64,000 nt of DNA, from positions 1,959,745 through 2,023,744 of the forward strand of contig CM082591.2 of the NCBI GenBank assembly GCA_040954595.2, read 5' to 3'. Both the position numbers and the translations under genes were made by a program. The stretch's first letter is position 1. Every line of letters begins with the position of its first letter. This DNA comes from Balanoglossus misakiensis (lineage: Eukaryota; Animalia; Hemichordata). This document shows positions 38,101-53,100 of this stretch, piece after piece. The notes under the pieces are model-generated. The model did not search any database. It had not been told where the DNA came from and saw only the letters and a program-made list of their open reading frames with translations.

Positions 38101-41100
38101 TTAAAAGATGACAGTTTTGTCCCCTAAAGTTCCATAAGATATTCTCGAGTTGAAAAAAAGAGGATTGTTCATTCTGACAAAAGCAGAAAATAACAGCCAT
38201 CGAAAACCACCAAACTGCCATGATTGCTCCCACACCGAAGGCAGAGAGAAATTTCTCCATGTTCCTGTCCCTCGTTTTACGCCACCTTCCACCCCTATTT
38301 CCAATAAAATGGACTTGACTTACCATAGACAACATTGACATCATTCCATAATACTGGAAACAGAGGTGAAAATACTTATCACAAACATGCAATGAAAGAT
38401 CACAGCCCTGCAAATGCATGTCTTAATTCCCTCAGTTTGCAAAACGCAAAACAAAATGGTGGCTCGCGTCAAGCAGACCGACCTTTGACCTCACATCTCC
38501 CAAAGCAGTACGAGCATTGGAGAACATTTGGCCAGAGTATCAGGCAAAAGAAACTTTACAACTTCAAATTTGAAAGCACAAGGAACATACATGTCAATAC
38601 CATATCTGGTGGCATAAAAATGTAATTATTTTATCAACTTTTTTCTGAAAAGCTGTTAAGCTACGTACTACAAACATGACACAAAACATGATGAGAACTT
38701 ACAAGTACATACTCCACCCATGATTCAAATCAGAAGCAAAAAAGTACACAGAATGAAGAAATTTTAATGAAACAGTCAATATCAAGCAAAATTCATGTAA
38801 TCTAATGGGGATGGACTTTGGTGACGTGACTTAGGGGAAAAGTTGTTATTTGATATCTATAGTTTCAAGGTATTCTAAGTAAATAAAGCATTAATGTGTC
38901 AGTACAGTCTAATATTTCTCAGCCACCTTTCCCAATCATGCAATTTATCTTGTTGCCATGGTATTAGTTGTTTGTCTAGTAAAAGTGCAAGCTACCTTGA
39001 TTATGGAACAGCTGAGCTTGATAATCGTATACAGCTTCATAATATTAACGTTAACAGACATTTTTGAGCACACACAGACATATGAAGTTGGTTATACTCT
39101 TTCAATACTACCGGGGTATGTGTACCATCTGAAATACTTTCAGATCTTAGTCGCCGTTAGACATTTGCACCTACAGAGGCATCAAAGCTTATGTTCCAAC
39201 AGCAAAAAAAAAGTATAAATGAAAAATAAACATCTGATACTAGAGATAAAATAAAACCCAAAGGGAAATGACTTACTTATGTCATCGTCATCGTACACAC
39301 TGTTTGGTCGACTGTCTGACGCGTCTGATGGTGGAGGTTTGGGCAGCGTGGCCCTTCTGGGCACGGCGAGCGGTTCCCCCGGCAACACATACTTCTGTCC
39401 TTTCCGGGAAATCTGTTTGTTCTTCAGACCTGGCTTCCGGTTGCTTCCTCTAAGGAAAGTTCTGGTTGCAAATTTTCTGTGGAGTCAAATTTTCAGGTCA
39501 TACATATATATTTACACAAAGAACATGTACGTTATAAAACACTGTTGACTTTGTCTTATCGCCTGTGATTGGTTGACACACTTCATGACAAAGGCATTTA
39601 CACATGTCATCACCAATCAGGCCGACCGTTGCATTACCTACCTCAAAGTGGCAGTCTTATCCTTTTGTTTGTGAGTTTGCATCATGGTCGCAGTGGTCGG
39701 GACGCCGTTGAACGCAAACATGGTGAAAATTGACGGCGGGTAACGGTACCGATTAAGCGTCTTGCGGAACATCTCAATTTTCTCTTGATTAACCTCCTCA
39801 TCAAACGCAATTCTCATCAGCTGTGGGAAAAAAAGATGATGTCATTAATACATCATGCATCCATTCCCACAATTACCAGAAATCTTTAAGGATCTGAAAT
39901 TATTGAACCAATGAAAACGATGTACGATGTTGTGATTTCTTAGATAAAAGAAACTGTCTTAATTCTACAAACCTGAAATGTACAAGCTCTCAACTGCACA
40001 GCCTCTGACAGATATTGTTCAATATGCGGCGTGTTGCTGATGCTGACTTTTTTCTCTTTGGTCAGTGCAGCGATCGGGAAGCTACGAATCACAACCTGTT
40101 CACACGCTGGAAGGCGGGAGAGAGAATCAAGGTTTCATTAACGGCGATGAGAAATATCCTTTGTCAGTTTCTGGAATGCATGTTGTGAACACAGAACATA
40201 TTCTCACAGTAAAGTCACTTACTTTTGATCAAACATGCACATGTCACACACCACTTGACCAGATAAAATCTACCAGTACGTATTGGTACTTCGCGACCTC
40301 ATTTGCATACTTATTGCACGGTGCATACAGAACCATATTGTGACAGAAAACTCCATTAGTTACAAAAGGAGTGACATAATATTTATTTCTCAGGGGCTGT
40401 TTTTTTCCATTATACCTTGTATATCGCATGGCGTTCCCTTGAACACAACCCTGTACGTCGTGAGGAACACAGCACCCTCTGCTGGCAGTAGCTGTGGACC
40501 CCCTAAGTTACCACCGGTTCCTTCTTCTCTGCCATCGGGCAAGAGGTAGCCTCTCAAGCCCGCGAAAAGCAAATCTTCTCCTGGCAATAATGCTGGCTTC
40601 AAGATCTTTGGCTGGAAGTTAAAAGAAAGAGAATATATACGTCATACTCAATAACATCACATAATCAGAGACGACATGATCAGAAGTAGCCAGAAGTAGT
40701 TAACTTACCTTCTTAATTGGTGGCAGTCTCTTGCTTTCTTTGTTGACGGCTTCCAAGGTTTCTATGTGCATAGCAACAACACCTGTAACAACAAACAAAC
40801 AATAACAATGCCAGACTTGATAAAAATTAAATATAATAAATTCTATGAAATATGGTCATCTGCGGGTAGTCCCTCTTCACATAATCATGATCAGTGGGAT
40901 TTATTTGCATAATGCTAGCATCTCACCTGGTATCATCTGGTGCAGCGACTTCTGGTGTTCAGAGGTCACGCCGCCTTCGCTGCATACTTTGTCCACGAAT
41001 TTGGAAATGAATCTGATGATACTGCCGGCTGGATCTGAGCTGTCGCCATCTTCAAAACCACTCTCCCCATCCAGGCTGTCGCTTCCTCCAATGCTGAATA

Positions 41101-44100
41101 AATAATCATCAAAAATAGTCATTACTAGTCCGTCAACTCTTTTCAAAATTAATTTTGATCCAGAAGTTCTATGCATGGCTATGTCAGCCACCCTGTTCTA
41201 GAAAGCACACACAGTTTAACAAAATTTACAATAAATTCAGAAATTTTTGTCCAAAAATATTGTCGTTCACCTCTGCGATATATTGCTACTTCCACTTTCT
41301 CCTTCATGGGCGAAGATGTTCTTCAGACCTTTGCTGATATCCAACGGCACTCTCATGTAAACCATTCTATTTGCATAGTGTATGGCTTGACTGAACACTG
41401 TGCTTTCTTCATTGCTAATCATTTCTTTCTTCGCGTCCTCATCCTGTGATGGCCACAGTCGGATCTGTTCCGCGGCGATCTCGAGCGCCGATTTGTCATA
41501 GACAAGACCCTGTGTTCGACGTACAACGTCTGGACTGGCAGTAAATGCTTCGTTCAAATCCTGCCAATGAAGGAAATATAAATATTCAAGTACATGTAAC
41601 TGCATAGATACAAGAGCACAAATCTGCATATGATGTAAGTATGTCAAAAGTCACACTGACAACTACAGTGTTTACTTATGTGTATCTATGACCTTTCAGA
41701 GGTGCACATGGTTCACACAGAGGTCAGCAAACATACACTGCAAAAGCAAAGATGATAAGCTCACCTCTTTGTCTTTATTGGCCTCCTCAGGTGGAAGATA
41801 CAAAGCTCGGATATTCTTCTCCACGTCGCCGTAGAATGTGGATTGCCAGAACTGCATGCTGGCCCATACTGAGTGGTCCTGTACACACGTATAGGCAAAC
41901 TGTATCACACCAGTACAGAGTTTCTGTCGGTTCAAAATGAGAGAGAAGTTGCCATTAAAGACCTGTCAGTCTCAGTTACGATGAGCAGTTGGTTCAGCCA
42001 GATTTGAGATGCACATACTACCGGTAACAAAAATGTAGGTCGAGGATACTTACCCTGCAAAACGAGGCTGTAAGAGGTAACAGGGCAGTTGCCACAGCAT
42101 GCTCCTCGCTGCACGCATCCTCCTGCGGAAAAGCAAATAAAATCGCACGGAATTTAGCCATAAACTAAGGAATTTCGAGGACTTTTCCAGTTATTGACAG
42201 GAAGTCTTTATAAAGACCACTTAGCCTCAGTCCAATGACTGGTCTCTATACTCAGGTTTGACTGTAGCATAAACCTCACCTGTAAAGCACAGTTCATGAG
42301 TCTGACAATCAGGTCGAATTGCTGACTCTCCAGCATCGCTCTGTTCTGTTGGGCGTGCGTCGAGAGCTCTCTGGTCAGTGCATTGCGTACCACTCTGCTC
42401 TTCAGCGATCTCAACACGGCTGGGAATGTCTGTGCGGAAACAGAAATGCAGAAATCCATGCTGAGTTACAAAATGAATGTCACTGGTTCAACAACAGTGC
42501 TGTGAACTGCCTTTCATGTAAAGCTACACATAGTTAGACTTGGATGGTGCAATACAATGGACGTACACCTGATAGTTGCTGTTTCACAGCCAAATAACTA
42601 GATACATGCCTCCCCTACCCCACTGTAATAACACAACGCACCTTTCTTGCATCTAGTATCTTGTTCTCGAATATACTATTGACACACGTTCGAAGCACTT
42701 CCAACCTCCGGGCATTGTTATTGATGATGTTCATCTTGGCTGTGATGTTGCCTGCTGGTGGTCCGTAGGGAACAAACTGGGACTTGGGTTGACGTATCGT
42801 CTGCAGCTGGGTCTTCATGTTCTGCTGAGAAGAAAAACATAGCGTCAAAGGACACTGTGGTCCCATTTGAGGATTACACAGAAAAGGGTATACATGGTAC
42901 ACATGTACATACATACCAAGTGGGACCTAAAAAATCATGGATTATGTAAAGGGTACTTTTATTTTCAGGAAACAAAATCAATACTTTACATGATGTAGAA
43001 AAACATGTGTTAACTTACAGCTTTCTTGACCCCGTCACTGATGACCTCATGAACTCTGACACTGTCAATGTTCGGGAATGTTGGGATATGGATCCTTGTG
43101 AAAGCCCCATCACACGGTTTGGGGATTTTCTGTGAATATGGTTGTGGGTTGGGGTTCTCCTGTAGATCAGAAATTCAGCAGATTACATACACTGTTGCCG
43201 AGGCATATTGAGAATGAAATATATGTTAGACATTCACAACACTAACTGGTGATAAAGAAATACTGACCAGTGATAACATATAGACCGAAGCAAGTAAACT
43301 ACTAGTAACTAGAGGCAGAGAGTATTAACTAAAGATTCAACAAAAATGACGCAGATATTACGAATCTCATAAAACATCAATACCGGCATTACTGACAAAA
43401 CTCACATTGATGAAGAGGTGCCTGGCAATGTCTTGAACGTTTTTCATGATTCTCTCCGGTTTCCTTCCTTCTTGTAGTAAAGTCTCTTGAATATTCGCCG
43501 ATATCTACATCACGGCAAAAATAACAATACATTTATCATATTTTAGATGATTAAAAAATCCTGATTTCAAGTAATGACACTGAACATGTAAAATGTCTCT
43601 CATTCTAATAACCTGGTTGCTAATTTGTCATTTTTTGACAGCTGAACAATTTTCAGCATTTTTCAAGGACAAGCTAATTCCCACTTTGACCCTAACCATC
43701 CCTCACACACACACACACACACATACTCACCTCGTCAAACATATCACATATCCTGAACGGTGGTCCTCTCTCTTGTACAAAGGTTTGAAAGGACATGCCA
43801 CCAAGGACTTTCTGTAAGAAATCATCTCCACTCAAGCCCCTTTCAAACAAGAACAAACCCTGTGAAAAGAGAAAAAAAATCAATGTTCAGTTTAGACAGG
43901 TTTTACTGTTATCTGTCTGTAAATGTGTGAATGACGATTCAAATATTGAAGACTCGGTTACATCACCAAGGTAAAACTAAGTTGGGATTCTCGGAAAGTA
44001 TTGTGGACCTGGGGAGAACAGTAGAACACATCTCACCTTGTGGAAGGCGATGACTGGTTCCGGATGAATTCTGATGAGTGTGAGACAGGAACGATACCCC

Positions 44101-47100
44101 ATGAACAACTCGGCAAACAGTCGCATGAAGATGGCTCTGATCTCCTTGTCTAACATCGGTTGTAACGACGGCGATGGCGTCAACGCCGGAAAGGCGCAGT
44201 CCGCGTTCTGTAGATCTGGATTCAACACCTGGCGAGAGACAACGTTCATCATCCAATAGGCATGGTTATATTTTGTTCATCATCCAATAGACATGGTTAT
44301 ATTTTGTTCATCATCCAATAGGAATGGTTTTATTTTGTTCATCACCCAATGGGCGAATATGTACCTGTGGGGCAGGGTAAGCTTACTATTTTCGAAACAC
44401 CTGACATCACTTCTTGGGCTATTTTGCCGGAAGACTACATATCTGTCTGTCACAGAATTGACTTTGTTCTGTGTGTTTTGTTTATTATCTGTGCATCGTT
44501 AGCCCAGTGTCAGCCAATTCGGAAAGTAACTCTTGAACTGTACTGTAACAGAATTAACACAGAACTTACCAGTGTGAGTTCTTGATGAGCTCTGTTGTAG
44601 ATGTGATCAGGCAGCATGGGTAGATTAAGATGCTCTGGGATTGATATATACCCACTGTCAAGATCTGCGACCACTACATCCAACTGAAACAAAGAAACAG
44701 AAAGACCAACATTCTAGTAATCCAAATTTACTCATATTGCAATTATGCAGTTTCCATGAATGGCAAAGTTTGTTTCTATGGGGCACCACATACATAAAAT
44801 AGCTGATGTTTATCTGTAAGCAAATTTTGCTATTTTGCTAGTGATGAATCAGTCTATTTTAGCTACACCAATACATATGTCTGCCAGTCAGCCATATTGG
44901 ATCATACCACAAAACAGGACTATGTGTACATGCCTCAGTGCATTATCAATGGACCAAATTTGAAAGAAAGCTAACGATCAGCAACATTACATGCACTTTG
45001 CTGAAATGATAAAGCTAGTGGTCATCACAATAAACAAAATCTCACTCACCAGTTCTTGAATCTCGCTTTTATTGGACGAGTGAACACCCATGATGAATGG
45101 TGTCGGCGTACTCAAAACTTCCATCAAAGCATTTGGCAGTACAGGAATATATACATAACTGTAATGCAAATCAAATCAATCTTATTAACATCTAAGCAAT
45201 GAAAGGGGGAGGGTATGCTACCGACTACATGACCCCACACGGGAAAGGTATGATAAAGCAATTTTTGGGATGAGACTTACCTATACTTCAATGGAAATAG
45301 AATCGCCAACAATGCAGTACTGGCATCGGTTAACCTCGAATAACTACTTGAATGAAATAATATCTTGCTGTCGGTCAATGCAGCACAAAACAGTGATAAG
45401 ATGTTGTGAATTCCTGAAAAGGGACATTCGAAAATAAATTAGATAATAAAGCAATCAGCACTGTAATTGTTGGAAATTGAATTGAAGACCAGACTTTTAA
45501 TAAGTACTTGTGAGAGTTGTGAATCTCATTCTTGAAGATTCTGATATTATGATGGACGTCTTTTTTTTTTGATGTATAGGAGTTTCAATACTTCACAGGT
45601 CAACTGTTTCAAATGTTGAAAATGGTGGCAGAAAATGAGACTATACCTAATTGCTGGAACAACATTGCAACAGTGTTTCTCGACACCGGGATGCCCATAT
45701 TCAGAGGCGGTTGTAAGCTCTGCCTGTCACCAGCACCAATAGAAAACCGCACCTGTAATCAGACAATCACGTGTAAGACCGTCAAAACCCCCGACACATA
45801 CGCAGATATACAAAACTTCCTGTATGCAGTGAACGCAGCACGTCTACGGAATTCACAATACTCTGGTGAACACCCCCTCCCCTTTAGATTAAAGAAACCC
45901 TTAATTATGTGCTTACCTGTGGGCCCCCCGGAGGAGGAATATGAACACTACCTAGCATGTTTCCAATAATCGTCTCCAATTTTACGTTCATTGATTCTAT
46001 ATATACAGTATAAATTATACCTAAACAATTCTGTAGAGGAACAGAAAGCAAGAAAGAAAGGGGTTAAACACAGTAAATTATATCAAGTGTCAGAGTGTCA
46101 ACAAACATATAGGAAGTGTGAAGAAAAAAGGTTGTGAAAGGGGAACTTTATTCTCTAGGTGAACTTTGTATTTCTGTGTGTATTACGCATGTCTCTGGTG
46201 TCTGTGTATACATGTACTAGCACATGTATGTTTCTTGCTCATATGGTCTAACAGGGTCACATCACTCAGTAAAGACATCCAGAATCAGATGAATGTCGTG
46301 CCACTCTCAGAGGGCTTATGGGGTCAGGTGCAGGTCACATGACCCTGTGACGGGATACAGGTCAAAAGGTCGCATCATTCTAAAATGGGTTACTGGGTCT
46401 GATGAAGGTCAAGGTACCCTAAAAGCTCTGGGTCACAATGTAAACCCGAAATGCTTTCCCACAATATTGACAGGGCATCACATGTACTTACCCTGAAAGT
46501 TTCAAAATAATCTAGTCTTGAAATCAATGCTATACTCTTTGGTGCAAACATGAGCGTGTGATGAACAAGCCCTCCTTCTTCCTCCGTCTCTACATCATCT
46601 GGTTTCTTCGGAGTCATGTTGATCGTTTCGTGAAACGTAAGGCAAGCGCAGTAGTGTCTGTCGGCTTCGATGTCCGTGAGAACGGACACAAAGAAGGTTG
46701 GCTGTGTTCTCTGCGATGACAAGTCCCAACCGCCCGGTTGACAAAACTGAAGGAAAACATGACAGAATTAGTAATGTTCATCTAGACAGGGCCCAGGGTG
46801 GATTCACGACCCCCTCCCCTCACCCCAACCCCACAATCCATGAAAACATACTAAGTAAACTTATCCTTTAATATTTTGATCCATCTATCATTATAATCTG
46901 AAATGACTCATAAATGATATTGATCTCTCCACCCTGCTACCCTATATTTGATTCATTCGCATCTTGGAATGACCCATTTCTTTTCACCAACAGACAGATC
47001 CACAGTGGAAGAGGGGGGAGGGGAGTATTACTCACCAATTCCAAGCCCTGATGGAACGGCACATCATCCCAATCCTTTTCCGGGAATCGGTAAAGAATCT

Positions 47101-50100
47101 TTCCACTACCAGAACCACTCCCTGCAATTAAAACAGAAGTTAATTAACCACAAATGTTTCAAAAGCTCACTTCAGTGAAATTCAGACCACTCTGACATTT
47201 GAACTTGACATTCTCTCAAAAGTAGGTCCCTTTACAAGTGGGCTACATGTCGACAAACAAGAATCTCATTCACAACACATGTGCAATCTTAATGAGACCC
47301 TGATTTAAGCCCCTGACATTTTTATAGAGTAGTCAACTTCAAGTACCCTTCAGAGACTTTATTTTGAGCGAACTATGGATGAACTATGGGTGTGAAAACC
47401 AAACAGATGTGGGTCAGTGCATAACATCAACCATACATGTATCAGACTATGGCATGAGCAAACAGACATTATTATAAATTTTAATGACACTCTGTTGGTT
47501 ACTGTGAAGTATAAATTCCTTCTGATCTCTTGAACATTTGTTATTTCGATCACCGGTCCTGAAACTATGCAGATTAATCGAGCAAGTTCTGTCGCTGTCC
47601 TCACGTGTATATCTGTGTCCTTGGCCCGAAGAGAAGTCAAACAGCGACCCTGAAAACTCTTACAAACAAATAAAGTAGACTAGCTGTGTCTGATTGTTTT
47701 AACCGTGAACTCTGACCCTAACCACTTCAATTTTATAGCATTTGCAGATGATGAGCTAGATGTATACACATGTTTGGAAGGAAAGTAAGCTAGTCATGTT
47801 TTATTAGAGTTCAGTTGTTAAATCCTTCACCCGAAGAGTTAAGGAGAAAGGAGACACTTCCGAATAAACAGTTTATCTACTCTGAATCTCTTCAACATTC
47901 AGAATTTTTGCTCTGTAAACCAAAAACAGACGCAATGACAACAATACGTTTCACCTACAAACATTGTTATTATTTTCAGTGTTTTGGTGGAACTAGAAGA
48001 GCAATGTTATCCATGACTGTGGTCTGATCGTTTCATTCTCCTAGTGAGATGTTTTCGAGTTTACATTTTCGCGTGGGGAGTGTTTGGATGCCGTAGACAG
48101 GGATGGTTTTCGGTTATATTAGAGGGCGCTATCCGTAACGTCAACGTGTTTGCGAACTTCCATGCATCATACGAGAATTGTACAAAATACTACATGTATG
48201 GCACATTCAATGCATTAGAAATGAATGGTACTGTAAACTTCCTGATTTTGACACCAGCAGAGGAGGATGCATGCATAGAGTTAGCAATTTATTGACGATT
48301 TATCTGTTCGTAACAATTCGCGCCATTTCATCAAGCGTACATCCTCAAGACAAGGTCACCCCTCCGTAAAGATCTCCAACAGGCATGTGGTTTCTATCAC
48401 ACAGACTTGACGTACTACAATCCACCATTCCTGTAACGCAACTCCCAACACTTGACACCGTCAGATGCATTCTCCGCACGTACACCCAAGATCGTCTCAA
48501 CACACCCCCTCGCCCGATTGGCATACTTCTCCAGACAAGCATTGAATTGCCGGTCAAAACTACACGCTGACCTAATTAAACTGCGAGTCTGATTTTCACC
48601 ATGCAAAATAAATCAAATGAAATCAGAGTTTTCTTCCGTGATTTAGAGCTATACATTAACCCAAACATCATTTTAAATTATGAATACGATATAAAATTCC
48701 GTTGCTCGGAAATTGGGCCAATTTTGGCGGCAAAGAGCAAGAATTTGCGGGATTACATTTCTTTGATTGGAATCTAAATATGATCCCTCTTCACTTCGTA
48801 CTTGTTTTCGTAATGCCTGTGTTTGCCTGGAGGTCACCTCAACAGATTCCTAGTTCATTGGAAAAAGATTAACTCCAAATTACGAATGTTCAGATGAGTA
48901 GTGGCATCTGCCTAGGGTCAAAGGTCAAAAGATGCCCAGTGCATCAGTTTATAGTGTCTACAGATATTCTATATTGTACTACCTGCAAGACCTTCAAGAT
49001 CAGTCTTGCAGTATTTAAACCAGTACAGTTTAAATGTTATCTACACAACATACCTAAGTAAAGAGTTTCAGATGTGTGAATATAAACATCAATATGAAGG
49101 GACACTGTAAGGTATTTTACAAATGCATGTCTTTGGTGAGAGTGCAACTAAGTGTGAATTATACACAGTTAATAACTGATCATGAACTTGGCCGTCTGAT
49201 CATCTCTGCTTGGATGACTAGACATGATCTTGATCACAGATCCTAAGCTACACATAGAAGATGACAGATCATGCGAAGACTGAGAGACGAGACTTTCTGT
49301 GGAATGTCTTCACCTTGGAATTGCATCAACCTACATTCCTTCACGTTGATACGTCTTGCGATAAACATGCAAAAGGGTTCTCATCTGATAGTCTGCTTGT
49401 CAATTCAAATGGCAGTTTTGTGTTTTGATAGGTCAAGGAAAAAGTCACACACTCACACATTTAATTCACCACTGATCTAAGATGTACTGTCGTCATAAGT
49501 GCAAACTACAATCGTATGAAACGCCAAAGAACATGGACACCCGTACCACGGCACATCACTAGTAACCATGGTGACCTCAGACAGCCCTCCAAGCTGTGAT
49601 CTCTACAAACATCCATGCATATACCAGCGCACCGGAAATATAAATTCTCACATGGCATAAACACATCAAAAACCTGTCAGAAGGTGAAAACTTGTGTCCT
49701 TTATCCCGGAATTCCAGAAACAGTGTCACAGGGAGAGGTCACTACAAACGTCATCCCAGGAAAGGCAATTATTCTGGGAATATCGAATATCAATGGAAAG
49801 GGCATCGATTTGATTTTATGTACATATGCGCCAAAATATGATCCCATAATCTTTCTTCTTATAAGGAAAACGACCCACTTAATAACGTCAATAAAATTCC
49901 GATGAAGTTACATCAACAAAATTTTAGGTGACTCTGATGTGATTTTGGTTAGAGATCACCGTATTCTAACAGAGATCAGTATCCTCAATGAGATGAAAAA
50001 TAATGTATATACAGTGCAGCTTAGGAATAGCTTTCCAATTTGCTAACAACTTGCTGACACAGTGTTTATAATGAGTCAACACAGTGTTAGCCTGTGTGTT

Positions 50101-53100
50101 CCAAGTGTTACAAAGGTGTGAATCTGCTGGCCCTGGCACTTGGCATTGTTCAGTGTTAGCATGTGCTACAAAGGTGTTAAACCTTGGCGCACCCTATTGT
50201 TTTTTGGCACACAGTGTTAGCCTGTGTGTTCCAAGTGTTACAAAGGTGTGAATCTGTTGGCCCTGGCACTTGGCATTGTTCAGTGTGAAACCTTGGCGCA
50301 CCCTATTGTTTTGGCACACCCCAGTTAAACACAAGCCCAATAGGTGCTAATTAGAGCGCCAATAGGGTGCTAACCCAGAGTTGACCCAGTGTTTAAACAG
50401 AGCTGACCCAGTGTTGGTGCAGTTGGAAAGCTATTCCTAAGCTGCACTGTACCAGATGACAGATGTAACCTAGAAAGTTATTCAACCCCAGCAGAGCCAA
50501 TGAAAAATAATCTGTCATGGGAAATTATGACATGCTTTGGTACAATTGATGGACAATGTAAATTTATTTCTTCAATCTCAGAAAAATATTTGTGCAGTAT
50601 AAAGAGTAACTCTTTATAGTCTAATTGATGGTTGATGTAAGTTATATCATTTTGATTCAATAATTTGACATGGCATCTTGGAATATACTGGCAGTAAATT
50701 AAACACTGAACGCACAAAAACTGTATCATGGCTTTATTCTTATTTACACCACACATAACAATAGGCTCACTGTATTTTCCCACACGCGTACATTAGACCG
50801 ACATCGACAACCAACACGATTTGGACACTGTTGACTTTACACAGAAGTGTTCCCATTCTTTCCATTGAACTGCTGCGATTGCGATGTTTGCCGCGACTTC
50901 AACCGACCCATTCAAGCTGCAACACGACGTCGCGCTAGGTACGTCATGATGCAATTATACATGACAAAACTACCAATGAGAACAAACACTGGGACATTTG
51001 TACTACGATTCGACAAAAGGCAGGGTGTATCATATATCAGTGTACGCAGAGAGCGTAAAAACATGTACATGTACACATATATATACATGTACATCTTCCT
51101 TATAATTTACACATACCGAGAATCAGCAATTTTTTTGTAGCATACTTCATTGAAAAATTATAAATTTACATAATTACAAACGTACTTGTAGAAAGGAATG
51201 ACTCAGGCTGACTCATAAGCCTACAAATACCAACAAACACTTAAACCAGATGACACACATATCGGCTTTACACTATTTCATTCTCCATCCTTTCCAACAA
51301 CAAAATTATAAAATCTTTTTTTTTAAATTATTAATATTATTGCCTTGTCATATTGATCAGTATATTTGAAATCTCTGAAAATTTGCACTAAAATTTATCA
51401 TTGTCGTTATCACCATCACCATCATCATTATGTTGAGAAAATTATGAATTGATTTTATTAATCATGTGTGTTGGAGAATCATATCTTACAAAACTAATAT
51501 ATTTATCAGGAAGAACACATGGTTTCACTTGTAAGCTCAGGCCACCCTGTCATGTTTGACTGTTCTTGCATGGTGTTTACACTGTTTGGTTTCATTGGCC
51601 GATAATTGTGACAATGTTTACACTGTCCTGATTACAGCGCCACCGGGCTGGTTGGTCAGTCTGGGGTCAACAACTCAATGAACAGAGTCTCCAAAAATAG
51701 CATCAGTGACGAGAGGCTACTTTTGAAAATATCTTGAAGTAACAGCCAAGAGAAACAGTAATACTGTACACGTTTGAACATGTACATTGTACGAATTGCT
51801 GGCAGACCGAAACCAAAGCACTTGGTTATATTGAAATGCTCCGATAAACCCCATGTACATATCACCCACTGACTGACACAGTCTTCATCTAATCTACCTC
51901 ATTACCAGATAGCAGACAAAACTAATCTTCCGAAAACAAAACTATGACACACCCAAGTTTTGGGACGAACAGTATGAAACGAAACAAACATGGTTGGTTT
52001 AATAATATCTGTGTGTAAATGGCGAGTAAATTATGGCATTTATGCTACATGTACAGAAGGCTGTATTTATTAACAGTGCACAATCCGAGAACTTTCCTTT
52101 TGTGGTTCGACCCATTTTTAAATGGTCACCGTAGTTACGAGGGAGAGAGTACTGACTCCCAGAAGCAGATGAACAGCTGACCTCATGACCTATGACACAA
52201 GCCACCTCTAGGCAAGTGAAAATTGTTGATACGGCTGTAAATTCCAGCCATTTTTAACACAGCCCCAGGAGCTTCCAATTTCATGCACCATACACTGTTC
52301 ACAGTCTGTTGCTGTCTATGACTTCATTTAGAAAATTCAAAATGGCAATCAATGCTTGCATCACACTTTAGATATTTTTGTGTTTTCGCCCTGACACAGG
52401 AAAGACCATATCCTTGGATATGTATATTATCAGATTGTTTTGTCCACACTGAGATGAAATAACATTTGTGCGTGGAGATAACAACATTTTAATGTAGTTC
52501 TGGTTTCATATTTGTTTAAATGAACGTCATTTTAACCTGACATCTATAATAAATTATCATCTGCTTTGTTTCGTTTTCGCTATGCCACAATTTCCTCAAA
52601 CACAGGCTCAGCCGTTCCAAAGTCCTCAATTCCATTCACGAACTGAGAGGTGTCTGGTTTATAGATGTTCATATGATGGGAACCTGGACATCTATTCAGA
52701 AAAGACAGGTTTCCAGATTAGACAGGGTTTGGTTTAGTAATAATTTGTTCACACAACAGACCCATTTACATGTACATCTGCAAGAACGACCATATTGACT
52801 GGACGACGTTTTTCTTCAGTAGGACCGACACAAGATCACTGCTTATACCTGGCTATATTAAGCGTACCTGACACAAAAGATACCTCGTAAATTTTCATTG
52901 CTGTCCGTTACCAACTCTTTCCAAAGACTATAAACACCTGGAAGGCATTGTGTGGCAGGTAACGGATGCAAAGGCAGTGTTGCCAGTAAACATTCATTTG
53001 CGAATGCCTACAAAGCACCTCTGCGTACTAAGGTATCAATTTGTTCCCCTATATTGATTTTCGAGTCATACACGTCCTAATTTTGTCTTAAGCAATGACT

